A program made the position numbers and the translations under genes. Below the pieces are notes generated by a model. The model saw only the letters and a program-made list of their open reading frames with translations, did no database searches and was not told where the DNA came from. From contig OX597820.1 in assembly GCA_951406725.2 (NCBI GenBank), forward strand, positions 47,306,001 through 47,370,000: DNA of 64,000 bases, read 5' to 3'. The DNA is from Octopus vulgaris (Eukaryota). Of this stretch, positions 1-14,200 are shown one piece after another (the stretch's first letter is position 1; each line of letters starts with the position of its first letter).

Positions 1-1185
1 CACATCACTTTTATTATATAAGAACTTTGAATTTAGCGCTTCACTTTCGTTTTTATCAGTCTGCTATTATAAAAGTGAAAGTGAAGCGCCGAACACCATT
101 ATTATATATACATATATACCTTTTATCTTAAACTTATTTCGGCCATACTGGGGCACCTCCTTAAGTTTTTTTGTTTTTTTTTAGTTTAATGAATGGACCC
201 TAGTACTTATTAATTTTGTGTAACAGCTTGGTACTTAAGCATTTCATATTCCGTCGGTCTCTTTCGCCGAACCGCTATCTTACGAGGATGTAAACACACC
301 AACACCGGTTGTCTGGCGGTGGTGGACAGACTCAAGCACAGACATACACACAGGTCTGCTTAAAATTGGGGCTAGCCTTGGGGTAAACAACGCTAAAATA
401 TTCCCTCCTTATGTGTGGGCCACCAGTTACATTGGATTGTTTACTTGCTGCGAAACATTAAACTCTTCAATATCTGTATTTTATGTTTTCTGTCTGCAAT
501 TTACTCTAGTGTCACCTATGTTGTTACCTTTATATCTTATATATATATTTGTATGTCTAACTGTCTGTCTGGCTTTCTATTACTATTCGCTCTTTCGTTG
601 TGTGCGTGTTTGTGCATGTGCATTTAAAATATATATGTAAAACAAAAGTGATTTTCAACGTAGCATGTTATAAATGCTGGATCTTTACTTTAAATCCTAA
701 ATGCTTTCAGTTTGTTTTACACTTTATTCAAATCGGGTACCTTATTATATAACAAAGACTACTGCTGCTACTACTGTGTGTGTCTGTGTTTGTGATCCCC
801 AACATCGCTTGACTATATATATATATGTGTGTGTGTATATGTTTGTGTGTCTGTGTTTGTCCCCTGTAACATCGCTTGACAACCGATGGTGGTGTATTTA
901 CGTCCCTGTAACTTAGCGGTTCGGCAAAAGAGACCAATAGAATAAGTACTAAGCTTCCAAAGAAGTCCTGGGGTCGATTTGCTCGACTAAAAGAAGGTGG
1001 TGCTCCAGCATGGCTGCAGTCAAATGACTGAAACAAGTAAAAGAGAAAAAAATAAAAGAAAACATTCGTATTTTGATTGCACGGAAGATTCCACCTACTT
1101 TAATAAAAGCACTTTTGACAAAAGCAAGACCCAGCTTGATCCTAGAACGCTATCCCTTCTTTATATGATCAATCTTTACTACAGA

Positions 1186-1560
1186 TCATCATCATCATCC
1201 ATTTTCCATGCTGGCATGGGTTGGATGGTTTGATCAGAGCTGGCAAATTGAAGCTGCATCAGGTTCCGGTCCGATTTAGCTTGGTTTTTACGGTTAGATG
1301 TCCTTCCCAACACCACCACTTTACAGAGTGTGCTGGGTGTTTTTAATTAGCACCAGTACAGGGCTCTTGCAGGCCAATCCTATTCAGCAAGGGATGTGGC
1401 CTTAACTCATCTGCTGTGGAAGACAGGTCTTCTTGAGTATAGCAAAGGCACCAGATATCTCGATCCTTTGTCATCTCCTGTGTATGGATCAGTTTCCTAA
1501 GATTATCCTTCAGTACTTTGTCCCATCCCTGGGTCTCCATCTTCCATAAGTTCCATCCAT
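1186..1560 (-). mobile_element. RTE-like 3' end fragment
   Basis: WDKVLKDNLRKL..TQEMTKDRDIW plus the shared 3' UTR and (CAT)n tail. Confidence 0.65.
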
Positions 1561-3051
1561 TTTGTGTGATTGGCGCTTCTTTATGGAGCTGTCTACATCC
1601 ACCTGATCATTGGTAAGATCGTTAGATAAGAGTGATAGTCAACTGTTTGTCCTAACCTTAGTTTTATTAGGAGTCACATAAAATAACTTACCTAAAAGTT
1701 CCACATTGTATTGATATTGTAGTTTATCCTCAGGTCATCCTAATCCCTGCATACTGTTCTAAATGGCTAAATTAACTTAGACCTGCAATGATATGCTATA
1801 AAGCACACAGCTCAGAATCGTTAGTTATGTTACATTCACCCAGTATTTTAAAATAACAGAAACACACATTGATACTGACGTCTTGAATAATGAAATTATC
1901 TAAGATTTCGTTCTTTATTGCAATGACTGTAATTCTAGAGAAGAGTGTGTGTGTGTGTGTGTTTAATGGGGTGTGGATTAGTGTACTATGGCCACAACCC
2001 TTTTCCCCTGACCAGACCACTACAAAAAGAGGAAAAAAAATGTTGTGGTGTGACTAAGTAGGTGTCCTCCTCCTGTCGACTTTGTGTCCTCAGCGAATAT
2101 AATTACCTACATCAGCTCAATATACACTGAAACAGAATTATCCAATTGAAATATCTTGACATCTTCATCACTCACAGAAAAGCCACAGGTGAAACTAAGA
2201 TCTTGTCATAATAAAGCATTTATAGACTTACAGAATATATTAGGCTTGTATGGAACCCATACACAAAAGAAAATACCATTAACTTGGAATCAATCCAAAG
2301 AAATTCTTTTGGATGAGCTCTACACAACTAAATAGCTTCAAAGATACACTAGATATTGATATCAAAGACACTTTAATTACAAACTACTTAATAATAGCAC
2401 AGAAAATATTACCTCACAGCCACATGTTGACTAAAGACAGTAACCAAATACTGATTGAAGATGGTATGTAACTAAAGTGCAGACCTTTAGTATTCAACTG
2501 AGTATGACTTCTCTCACAACTAGGTTATACAAGTGAGAATTGCTGAGAAGGCTTACACAAACAGCTAATGTATTCCTAGAAGGTATCAATGGTATCATCA
2601 TCATCGTTTAGCGTTCGCTTTCCATGCTGGCATGGGTTGGACAGTTCAACTGGGGTCTGGGAAGCCAGAAGGCTGCACCAGGCCCAGTCTGATCTGGCAA
2701 TGTTTCTACGGCTGGATGCCCTTCCTAATGCCAACCACTCCATGAGTGTAGTGGGTGCTTTTTACGTGCCATCGGCACAGAGGCCAGGCGAGATCTATAA
2801 TAGAAAACCTATAGTCAGAGATGTTTTCTCCAATCTTGTTTTTTGTCAGATGTATTAAAACAACTACCACACTATATAGTCTCTGGTTTCTTTTGATGAC
2901 AAGAAGTGACTTGAGGGAGATTTGGCTGTTATTTCTAGCGGGTTGAGTGATCACATAAATGTTCTATTGTTGGATTTTGTATTTAGTGGAGATTGGTTTT
3001 TCTCCATTAAATGATATACATTCAAGAAGTGTCTACTTGTAGTATTTAAAG

Positions 3052-3491
3052 CAGGGGCAGGGAAACTTTTTAGTGCAGTGGGCAAAAATTTACAAAGAAA
3101 AAGGTCCGTGGGTGGATCACAAGTTCTAAGTCTTATATATGTGTAGATCTTGTATATTATATATAATATGATATACATTAATAAAGATAAATTTAACACA
3201 TTAATTTAACGCACCACTGAATTTAGGACATATTACTTATGAGGTTTCTATATTTTTCAGCTAGAGTATAGTTGTGTCTCAACAAAATTTCCATTCAAAT
3301 AGCAATTACTTGATGAGTTTCTGTTTGAGTCTCACCGTTTTAAGTCATAGTGGAAATGTGACCTTTGTTGCAAATAGGCATATGAATATTGTATAAATTT
3401 TATAATTGAAAAGTTTACAATATTTTGTACATATGAGCATATCAGCCTGTGGGTGCAATTGCACCTGCAGGTGGGGGTTTCTCCACTCCTG
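3052..3491. mobile_element. hAT-type MITE
   Basis: 8-bp TSD atttaaag (3044-3051 / 3492-3499, central TA); ends caggggcagggaaact / gtttctccactcctg. Confidence 0.75.
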
Positions 3492-3519
3492 ATTTAAAGA
3501 ATAAAAGTGTAATATAATA

Positions 3520-3900
3520 GGAGTGGCTGTGTGGTAAGTAGGTTGCTTACCAACCACATGATCCCGGGTTCAGTCCCACTGTGTGGCACCTTGGGCAAGT
3601 GTCTTCTACTATAGCCTCGGGCCAACCAAAACCTTGTGAGTGGATTTGGTAGACGGAAACTGAAAGAAGCCTGTCGTATATATGTGTATATATGTATGTG
3701 TGTGTGTCTGTGTTTGTTCCCCCAACATCACTTGACAACCGATGGTGGTGTGTTTACGTCCCCGTAACTTAGTGGTTTGGCAAAAGAAACCGATAGAATA
3801 AGTACAAGGCTTACAAAGAATAAATCCTGGGGTCAGTTTGCTTGACTAAAGGCGATGCTCCAGCATGGCCACAGTCAAATGACTGAAACAAGTAAAAGAC
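3520..3900 (+). mobile_element. tRNA-derived SINE, family A (CORE-like segment, internal microsatellite)
   Basis: A/B-box head ggagtggctgtgtggtaag...gggttcagtccc, CORE-like accttgggcaagtg, gtaaaaga tail, taatagga TSD. More than 15 full or partial copies in the window. Confidence 0.88.
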
Positions 3901-4352
3901 TAATAGGATTTATATTGTATAATAATGCCTAGAAGAGAATCTTATTCAATGGAAGGCTCTTCTCAGGATGTATTTACTCAATTAGTCTAAGTGTATGCTC
4001 AAGGTGTATGTGCTCAAAATCTTAATATTTGCTTCACCTCACATTATTCAGTTTTGTAAACTTAACTAATTTTTGTCATTGACAATTAGGGAAGCAATTC
4101 TAGAGAAAATGCAGTGTGCTAAAGGTTAACTGATCCTCCTATTTTTGTTTACATAAAGCCAGAAACTTTTCAGTACCAATGTACTAACAAACATGTTGAA
4201 CAAAAGAGTCTGGTCTTGTGTTTTGTTGTTGTTTTGTATCACATAATTTGAAATGTTCTAATTATTTTTGTATTTTTATGCTTTTGAAAATGTTTCTGTT
4301 CTGGTAGTTGACTATCATTTTTGATCACAGTTAATATTTTTCTCCTTTACCC

Positions 4353-4394
<42 letters not shown>

Positions 4395-4395
<1 letters not shown>

Positions 4396-4580
4396 GGGAG
4401 AATTCACAAAAAAACCAAACAAACAACAAAGACAGGTGGTGTAGACAACAAGCAGATGTATTAGTATAACGCTTGGGAAGTGAAAAAGTCTTTAATGTTT
4501 CGAGCCTATGCTCTTCCACAGAAAGGAAAACAGAAAGAAACAAGGAAAGAAAATAAAGAATGTGTAGTGGTTAGCAATCT
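4395..4580 (-). mobile_element. ~190-bp (TA)n-flanked repeat with hammerhead-like core
   Basis: Homologous to 38700-38856 (+) and 55858-56045 (-); core ctttCTGTGGAAGAGCataggctcGAAAC on the minus strand. Confidence 0.55.
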
Positions 4581-4591
4581 ATATATATAAA

Positions 4592-7500
4592 CTAGCAGAG
4601 ATACCCTGCATTGCTCGGGATTAAAATGGCATAGTTTGAATATATATTACAGTTATGTTGAAACAAGTTAGATGGGAAAGTGTAGCATTGATGAGAAAGC
4701 ATTTGAGAAGTAAATAATGAACTAATTCGACTAAGTGATGTGTCATGCGTCCGTTTGGAGTATTCCAGGCCCTAACTTGTCATGGAAAATTGGGGGTAGT
4801 GGGTATGTGCATACCTTTGCTGGTCTTGAAAGTCTCATCTCGCTTCTGTCTTGAGACTCAATTTGATGTGTTGTGGCATACCATGCCTTTGCTGATCTTG
4901 GGAAAGTCTAATCTCACTTCTCTATTGAGACTCCATCAATTTAAGGGTAAATATGTAATTGTGAATACCTTGAAACTGCTGCAATAATTATGAACTGGTT
5001 GTTGAACAGTATTTTTATATACATTGGACCTGCATCTAATTGTTTTTTGTCAAGAATTTCACCTCCAGCCATTCGTTATGTCATTCAATACACATACACT
5101 GACACAGCATTCTACTGTTGTGGCAGTAAAGACGGAAAGTTGCCTTTGCATAATGTTGTTCACATTAGGATATAAATTGTTTATTTATTCATCACAGTAG
5201 AACTAAAAATAAAAGAATAAAAGCATAACAATATTACGGGTTTAGAATGAAAAGTGAAACAATATTATATGACATTTAGTATATATAAATCACACTATGA
5301 ATAGTGAAACAATATTAGTACGACATCTAGTATATATAAATCACAGTATTATATGACATCTAGTATATATGTATTATATGACATCTAGTATATATAAATC
5401 ACAGTATATTCTTTTCTACTCTAGGCAAAAGGCCTGAAATTTTTTTGGGGGGGGGGGGGGGGCTCAGTTGATTAGATTGACCCCAGTATACAACTGGTAC
5501 ATGATTTATCGACCCCGAAAGGAAGAAAAGCAGAGTCGACCTCGACAGAATTTGAACTCAAAACGTAAAGACAGACAAAATACTGCTAAGCATTTCACCT
5601 GGTGTGCTAATGTTCCTGCCAGCTTGCTGCCTTATGTGTGTGTGTATATTGACTAATGCATTCATTTCCACAGTTCTCAACCGATTTTCACCAAACTTTA
5701 CACACACATTACTTATGTCCCAAGGATGGTTATGCACTATAACAGCTTGCCCAGAGTTCCCATGTAAATGGACAAACCGGGAAAAGCGGCAGTTTACATG
5801 GGTTTTTCTCTTAATTTGTTGTATGTACATAGTTTTTTGTATGTAGGGTCTTCCATACTTTTTTAGTCTATATGGTCGTATATCGGCATTAGAGAATAAT
5901 TTTTTAGTGGTTTTCCACAGTTTTTTGATTTCTTATTTATTTATATGTTGTAATTGTGTATTATTACTTGGTTACAGAATATAAAAGTGAAAGGATTTTG
6001 TCTATTCATTTCAACTGGCCACCTGTGATAGTGATTAAATTGACTAGGAACATTGTATGTGATGAATACCCAATACCAAACAATCTTAATCTAAATACTT
6101 AAAATGCATTAAACTTTGGTAAGCTTACCATTACCTATTCTGAGTTACTTGAAAGGTGATGTTCCTTTCCCTCTCTTCTATTTGTTGATACCTTTGTTTA
6201 CCTACCAATGCATTGTTTCACTTTAAGGATGCTTATTTACCCATCTATTATGATATTTTGAATGTGACCTCTTTTCACTGTGAACTGCTAAAGATTCAAT
6301 GCAGAATTCATGAATTGAAGTCAAACTCTTCATGTTTTCATTTTTTGTTACCTGAAGTCAATTTCTGAGTGGTTGTACACTGTAAGCACATAGCAAATAA
6401 ATTCCTTTACTTTTTCAAGTAGGTATTATATTGCCATTTTTGAACATACCAATCATACTTCTCTCCAAAAAAATAGCTCCCTTTGCTATTGAATAAAATT
6501 AACTTGCAGAGGCAAAGTTTCAACGTCTTCCTAGAATTTCCTTACACCATTCATGTGTCTGTTTCTGACAAGAAATTTCGTTTTCATGTAAAACAACTAT
6601 ATTTTGTAGTCATTATCCATAATCTACTCTCAAAACACTTCAGTAGTTCTACTTTGCATTTCTTGCAAACTGATATGTTCTATGATCATTAGAGTGCAAT
6701 GACCCTCACAATAACCAGCCTTCAATTTGGTTTTCTGTTCCTAAATTAATCAGAAACGTAGGTTGCCGTGCTACTCACAAACCTTTTTGGTAGTTCAATT
6801 ATTTGTTGAAAAAAAATATCACCAAAGTAACTTAAACTGTCCAAAGGATGGGTGCATTTGCTAGTTACAATATAGATCCTATTCTTTCACTTTTGACACA
6901 TAATACCAAACCAGTTCCAATGTTATATTGTTTTAATCAATATGAAAAAAAAAAAAAAAAAATTGCATGTTGACACTCATGAGGTCTAATACTATTACCT
7001 TGTAAAATTTTCTTCGATTTGGTGAAGCTATTTGAGAATGCACAGGGAATATACAGACAGACAAAGAAAGGAAGTCAATTTGTAGACAGAACTTACAAAC
7101 CCCATTTGAGCATATAAAGCTCTAGAAGAAAGTTGCTTGAGTGAAAAAAAAAAAACTTGAGCCACTTTAGGATAGCTTTTTTTTTAATGCATGACTGCTC
7201 AGTGGTGTGGTTGAAATCTCATTGGTTAGTAATAAAGGCTTATCGGATGTATATAGCCCACAGCAGTCATACATACACATGCATGATGACATGCATAATG
7301 TTTTCTGATAGGAGAAATGTAAATAGTGCATTTAAATAGGAGTGCAAATAATTTTTAAAAAGTAATGTTGTAAGGAGAATGTACAAATACTGTAAAGGCA
7401 AAGATATTTATGCACAACAAAATTGAAATATGCTGAAGTCGACTTTTAGGCAGATGTGGCAAAACTGAATTTAAACATACTGGGTGAACAAAAATTTAAA

Positions 7501-7975
7501 ATAAATTATTTTTCAGGGAGAATGTACAAAAACGATAACAAGAGATTTTTATGCACGACTAATTGAAATACACAGAAGTCAGTTTGTAGACAGAAGTGTG
7601 TGAATGAGTTAAAGTGAGAGAGAGAGAGAGTGAAAGAAACAGACATAGACTAAAAGAGAGGAACTATTACAGAGGGTGAGAGAGAATATGTGTAAGCAAG
7701 AGAAACAGAGAATGAGAAGAGAGAAATAAACAGGGAGAGAAAAGGGAATCGGTTGAAAAGTGCAGAAGTTTTTAGAGAAAAACCCCTGTAAAACATCGTT
7801 TTTCCCAATTTCTCGCTTTTTGTAGGAGCTCTGGGCAAAATGTTACAGTGCATGACCATACTTGGCAAATAAGTAATGTGTGTGTAAAGTTTGGTGAAAA
7901 TTGGTTGAAAACTGTAGAAATGCATATGTGCTACACACACACAGACATCCTTTGTTTTATATATATATATATACA
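4592..7975 (-). mobile_element. Composite non-autonomous Helitron-like region upstream of SLC25A19 coding exon 1
   Basis: 3' hairpin plus CTAG at 4592, like those at 44854 and 47429. A 5'-end-like segment at 7775-7975 has an inverted copy at 5640-5812. Whether this is one element or several is uncertain. Confidence 0.45.
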
Positions 7976-8095
7976 TATATGTAATGTCTGTATATGAAAT
8001 AACTGTCTCATCGTGTATAATATTTGTTTCTTTTGTTACAGAATTCGTTTCTCTGACTCCATGTGCATTGGATCTATATATCTGCTGTTTTATCA

Positions 8096-8224
8096 ATGGT
8101 TGGCTACAACCCTAATCAAGACCATCGCCTGACGTATTTCGATTATGCTTTTGCTGGTGCCCTTTCAGGAGCTGTCTCAAGACTCCTTCTGCAACCCTTG
8201 GATGTTGTCAAAATCCGATTACAG
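8096..8224 (+). CDS. SLC25A19: SLC25A19 coding exon 1 (MVGYNPNQ...PLDVVKIRLQ)
   Basis: ATG at 8096, donor cag|gtcagt after 8224. A polypyrimidine acceptor ttttgttacag ending at 8041 implies an upstream non-coding exon that I could not locate. Confidence 0.93.
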
Positions 8225-11200
8225 GTCAGTTATCTTTACATCCTTATGTTAACAGTGATGGTAATCTTCATCATTATGCTTCTTTTAAACCTTTGTTGGT
8301 TTACATGGGATGTATCTCCTACACAATATATTGCTATCCACCTCAGTATCTCAACTTTTTTGCAATCTGACCATGACACTTCTTACTATATTTGATTTTT
8401 TAAAATATTTGCTCAATCTAGAGGAACAGGCAAAGCTTATGTCCTTTGCACACCATCCAAGTCTGATGAGTTTGATGCTGTAATTTTTGCCATTTAACCC
8501 ATTAGCATTTAAATATTCCGTATCCAGCCAAAATATTCTACCCGTTTTATGTTCAAACAGGACAGATCTGGTTTCTCACCTCTACCCTGCGATGTTATTC
8601 TAAAAGTAGATAATCACATCAAAATCCCATAACTATGAAATAATACACAAATGATTTTTAAAAACTGGAATAGATAAGCATCACCTTTGACGGTAATCTG
8701 AATGCTAAATGGTTAAACTGTCACAGGTCAACATCTGCAAGAAAGTCATGATCAGGGCTGATGTTCTGAAGAGGAAGAACTCAACATAGTGGTTAGTGAG
8801 GAAGTGGGGAGTAGGCAGTGTAGATGCAACAAGAATGATGAGAGACAGAGAGACAAGTAGATTTGAGGGGCCTGAGTAGTGGAGGTATGTGACCATCCAG
8901 AAGTCTCATACCTCCAGAGACCCATTGTAATTGCAGCAGAAACGACAGAAGAGATAGCATGCAAGTAGGCCTGAGATTTGTATCTGTTAGTGATTGAATG
9001 CCAATCATTTGAGTAGCACTTCTCAGCATGTTGTTTAGGATGTCAGTGTAGTTCTCCTCTTCTACTTAATGCTATGAAGACAGAACCTATGCTGCAGATT
9101 TTTAAAGCTCCTAGTAGCTTTGACAGACCCACTGAAATTGGTGCTGCTAAGGTTTGACTTAAATTCTTACAAGTCAGCAGCTGCAGGAAAACAGGTGCAG
9201 TGAGAGAATTTCAGAAGATTAATATTCCAGAAAAGAAGGATTGGGCATAGTTGTAAAACAAGAGATAGAGGGCCTGTGGATTTGACACAAAGGGAGGGAA
9301 GAATAATTCAGGGGTGCCTGAGTGGAGGTGGGATGAAACCAGCAAGTTCCTAGGAGTATGGCTACTGTAGTGTTATTGCAAAAGGAAGAGAATGGAGACA
9401 GTATGTCTGTGGGTTGAAGTATGTTATTGAGTGACTTCATTTCAATCAGTTGAATAGCTTTTTCTCTAGGTGACGTTTCTCAAATACACATCACAATAAT
9501 GGTATGAACATGAAACCTGTCAGCTGAGAGGACCAGATCTGACCTAACCTGTTGCAAATAGTGATGGCTAAGAATTTCTAGCACAATCACAAAACTAGTT
9601 TTTTTTTTTTTTTTTTTTTCTGAAGGAAAATAAGTGATTCAGTTGATCCCATTACTTGACAGATATTTATTTTATTGACCCAGAAAACATGGAAAGCAAA
9701 GCTGACCCAAGCAATATTTGAACTGGAAATGTAAAAAGAGGTAACTAAGTCCTCTAGATATTTTGTTTGCATGCATATAAATCTTATCACTCCTATTGCC
9801 TGGGAAGAGAACAAATAAGAAATTTTCTGATTAAAAATAAAAATTCACTAATCAAAATAAAACTAATGATGTTTTTATATGATAATAAGAATAATTAAAT
9901 GATAATAATGATTATGTTTGTATGTATATTCCATGTAGCTTCAAATTGAACCTGTATCGAAGTACTCCATTGGCTCTAAATACCATGGGTTCATGCATAC
10001 CATTGTCACAATGTCAAAAGAGGAAGGTGTGAAGGCATTATGGAAGGGCCACTTACCTGCTCAGTTTCTGACTGTCTTTTATGGGATGGTGCAAGTAAGT
10101 ATCATATTGCATTATCATCACCATCATTGCCATTGTTTTCATAATAATCCGTTTTGTGGTGATCCTCTTATCACCACTGCCACTCATTAATCATGTTCAT
10201 TATCCTTCTCATTACACTGTGTAACAATTTTTTTTCTTTTTGTCTTTAGTCAGTAAGTGTTATTTTGCATTTGCTTTTATCTAGAAATCAAATGAAATGA
10301 CTACTATTCCCTTCAAACTTTGATTTTGTAACCTGGACTTCAGTATTTTGAAACTGACCTATTTTCCATTACATTTCAGACATTCAGCGCTGATTTGCTG
10401 AAGTAGAAATATATCATGTATTATTATTATTATTATTCTATTTTTATTTGCGTTGGCCTATTCCCCATTATTTTTAGGAGTGGGTAGCCACAACAAGACA
10501 CACGGAGCATTCCATTCATTTCCCAGCTCACCTCTTTGAACTGGGAAATGAATAGAATGCCTGGTGTGTGTCTTGTTGTGGCTACCCACTCCTAAAAAAA
10601 TGGGTAGTAGGTCTGGGTATATATAAAAAAAAATCTGCTAAACACCACAGGTTTGCTTGTCAGCTGCTTGACCTTAACCATTTGAACTTGTCCCTTAGTG
10701 GCTTATATGTGCTTCTCTGATCATGAGCAGGAGCAGTAGAACTGTTCTTCAAAAACTGTTCATGAGACCTTTAGCTTTCCTTTCTTTGCTCATATCAGCA
10801 GATATGCTGTTGCACATAATGGCATTTCCTTTATAAATCTTCATACAGCTGTGTGAGGCCAGGTTTTTCCTTTTCCTCAGCACATTTCCATTGATTTCTT
10901 AGGCTGTTCTTTTCTCTCCTCAACTGTTTCATTTTCCTGATCCTCTTGCTTGGGTCACTCTTTCCTTTCGCTAATTGGATACCATATTTCACTCCAAATA
11001 ATTCCTTTCCTGTATCGTATATTGAGCTTAACTTTCCCGGTTTCTCCACTGTAGATCCTGTCATTTTATAAAGAGCTTGACATACCTTGTTCTCAAACTC
11101 TTTATATCTTCCTTTCTCATTGGCAGCAGACTGCAGAACCCTTGGTTTCCTCTGAGTACTATCTGATGCACCAGTCTCATAACCTGCAGTTTCCTGTCGG

Positions 11201-14200
11201 GAAGAGGTCTTTGCTGTAGCATTTATCAATCCGCTGTGGTTTGAGTCCAGGGATGATTTGCCATGTGTCTTATGATCAGATGATCCACGCTGCTCTCTCC
11301 TATTCTTACAAGTCTTTCCCTGACGAAGCTTTCAGTTGCAAAGGTCCTACAGCACAGCTTACATCCAAAGTTGTTTACACTTCATTCATTTTTCAAAGGA
11401 ATAGCTGTATTCATGTCCAGGTTTGATTGATTCTCGACTCTTCCCTCTCAGTCAATCATGGGGTTGTCATTCTCATTGGTAGTGGTCTGCAGCCTCTGCC
11501 AGTCTTTCCTTGTGTCAGTAGTCTTTCCCATGGTCAGCTCGTCTTTCCAAGCAATCTTCTTGCCTTTCCAAGATGCCTAACCATCTTTCCAGTATGTCAG
11601 TGGTTTCCTACCACAAGGTCTTTGACGTTTTGCAAACAACTTGCACTTTCATGTGCTACCAGTTGAAAGTTCTGCATACTAGAAGCCTGCAAGTGTATGG
11701 GATCATCAGGAGAGAATGCACGCTGTTTCAGGGCCTACCTTTCGATGACATCATTGAAGACTGCACCCCCCCATCCACCCTGACATGAGGCCCTGCTTGT
11801 CTTATGAAAGACATTGTTTCTTACAGAACTTATTTTCTTATTCCTCCTCCTCCTTCTGCTGGTGATGGTGACGATTCTTTCTACTAAAGGCACAAGACCT
11901 GAAATTTTTGGGGAGGGGACTAATCAATTTCATTGACCCCAGCACTCATGTCAAACCGTCATGGAAAACAGCTGTTAAATGATGATGAATAGCTCCCAAA
12001 ACTTGGTTGTTAATTGTCTTTTATTGTTTACTTGTTTCAGTCATTGGACCGTGCCCATGCTGGGGCCTTACCTTCAAGAGTTTAGTGAAACAAATCAACT
12101 CAGTAATTACTTTAAAGTCTGGTGCTTATTCTGTTGTTCTCTTTTGTGAAACTGCTAAGTTATGGGCCATAAATGAACCAGCACTGGCTGTCAAGCGGTG
12201 GTGGGAGGCAAACACACACACACACACATACACACAAATATATATATAGAAATATGCACTTATGTATATCTATAGGCTTCTTTCAGTTTCTGCTTACCAA
12301 ATCCTCTCATAAAGCTTTAGTTGACACTGGGCATTCATAAAAGTCACTTGCTCAAGCTGCCATACAGTAGGACTGAACCCAAGACTACATGGTTGGGAAG
12401 CAAGCTTCTCAACCTCACAGTCACATCTGCACCTGTCTATTGTATATAATATATTGTGATTTTGCTTTCTTTTCCAGTTTTCTTCATATGAATTTTTTTC
12501 TAAATTAACCTATCATTGCGTCCCGAGTGAGTTCTTTTCTAAGAACAAGCCATTGATCAGTTTGGTTTGTGGTTCAATGTCAGGGGCTGTGTCCACCGTA
12601 GTTGTCCAACCCATCGATCTATTGAGGACAAGGTTTGTGGCACAAGGTGAACCAAAGGTAAGGCACTACTCTTTTCTTTCTTTTTATCATATGAAAGATT
12701 ACAATGGTGTGTATGTGTATGCTTATGCATGTGTGTGCACATGCATTATTATGGTATTTTTCCTTTTGTTTAGGCTGTTTTCTTTGTGGTGACATTTCTT
12801 ATTTGGGGTTTCTGCTTTCTTTGATGGAACCTAGGACCACATTTCATGCATGTTCCATGTTTGGTTTGGCTTCTATGGCTGGATGCCTTCCTTTCCTAGC
12901 ACTGACCACTATACAGAAGGTGCTGGGTGCATTTTATCATGGCCTGAGTACTCAGAGAGGTTGTCATGTCCTTGACAAAACTAAAGGATCCTCTTGACTC
13001 TGTACTTCACAGAATGTATTTGGTGCATTTTATCATGGCACCAGCACTAAGCATTGGCATGTCTTCAACAAGACCAGAGGATCTTTTGTGTATGTGTGTG
13101 TGTAGCTATGCACACTGATGTTTCCCCAAAGCTGTGTGTACTCAAGCTACAACTTGTGTACAGAAGGACAAAATGAGAACATGGTTAATGCCATTTGTCT
13201 TAAATATCATGATTGTCTGGTTAAGGAGTGGATGTGTGGTTAGTAGCTTGCTTATGAACCACATGGTCCCGGGTTCAGTCCCTTGGGTAAGTGTCTTCTA
13301 CTATAGCCTCGGGCTGCCCAAAGCCTTGTAAGTGGATTTGGTAGATGGAAACTGAAAGAAGCCTGTCGTATATATGTGTGTGTATATACATATATGTGTT
13401 TGTGTGTGTGTCTGTGTTTGTCCCCCTCAACATCGCTTGACAACTGATGCTGGTGTGTTTATGTCCCTGTAACTTAGTGGTTCGGCATAAGAGACCGATA
13501 GAATAAGTACTAGGATTACAAAGAATAAGTCCTGGGATCGATTTGCTTGACTAAAAAAGGTGGTGCTCCGGCATGGCCACAGTCAAATGACTGAAACAAG
13601 TAAAAGAGTAAATACTTAGTTTAATGAATTCATATTTTCTGTGCCATAAAAAATTTAATTTAAAATCATTTCAAATTTCACACCATTTGCTCTTCAGAAT
13701 GAGTCTTATTATTTTTAGAAAATCAAAATTAAAAGGCATTTTAAATGGGGAGACCCCCTTCAGTCATGAAATACCATGGGGTTGCACCTAGAAAGTTACT
13801 CTCTGAGGTACAAGTCCAAGCAAGGTTGTTTATGGAAGGCCAGCAGTCGCCCATGCATACCAGCCTCCCCTCTCCACACCACTGATGTTATCCAAGGGAA
13901 AGGCAGCAGCAGATACAGCTTGGTACCAGTGATGTTGCAACTCATTTCTACAGCTGAGTGAACTGGAGCAACATGAAATAAAGTGTCTTGCTCAAGAGCA
14001 CAACACGCATCCCGGTCAGGGAATCGAACTCACAACCTCACGATTGTAAGCTCAACGCTCTAACCACTGAGCCTTGCACCTTCACGCATTTTAAATACAT
14101 GAAAAAATATTAAGTAATACACCCTTAAAACTGTTGTTTTATTTACCTTGGTGTTGGTATGGCATTTGAGTAATGGTTATTCACATAATTGTGCCTGTGT

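Noticed and set aside
2090-2590. Possible Penelope RT remnant (YTETE...KYLDIFI)
   Set aside because: Only one short motif amid stops and frameshifts; too weak to annotate without a profile search.
8063-8395. 110-aa single-exon ORF (and the similar ORFs at 9993 and 12553)
   Set aside because: These read through splice donors into introns; only the exon parts match the carrier protein.
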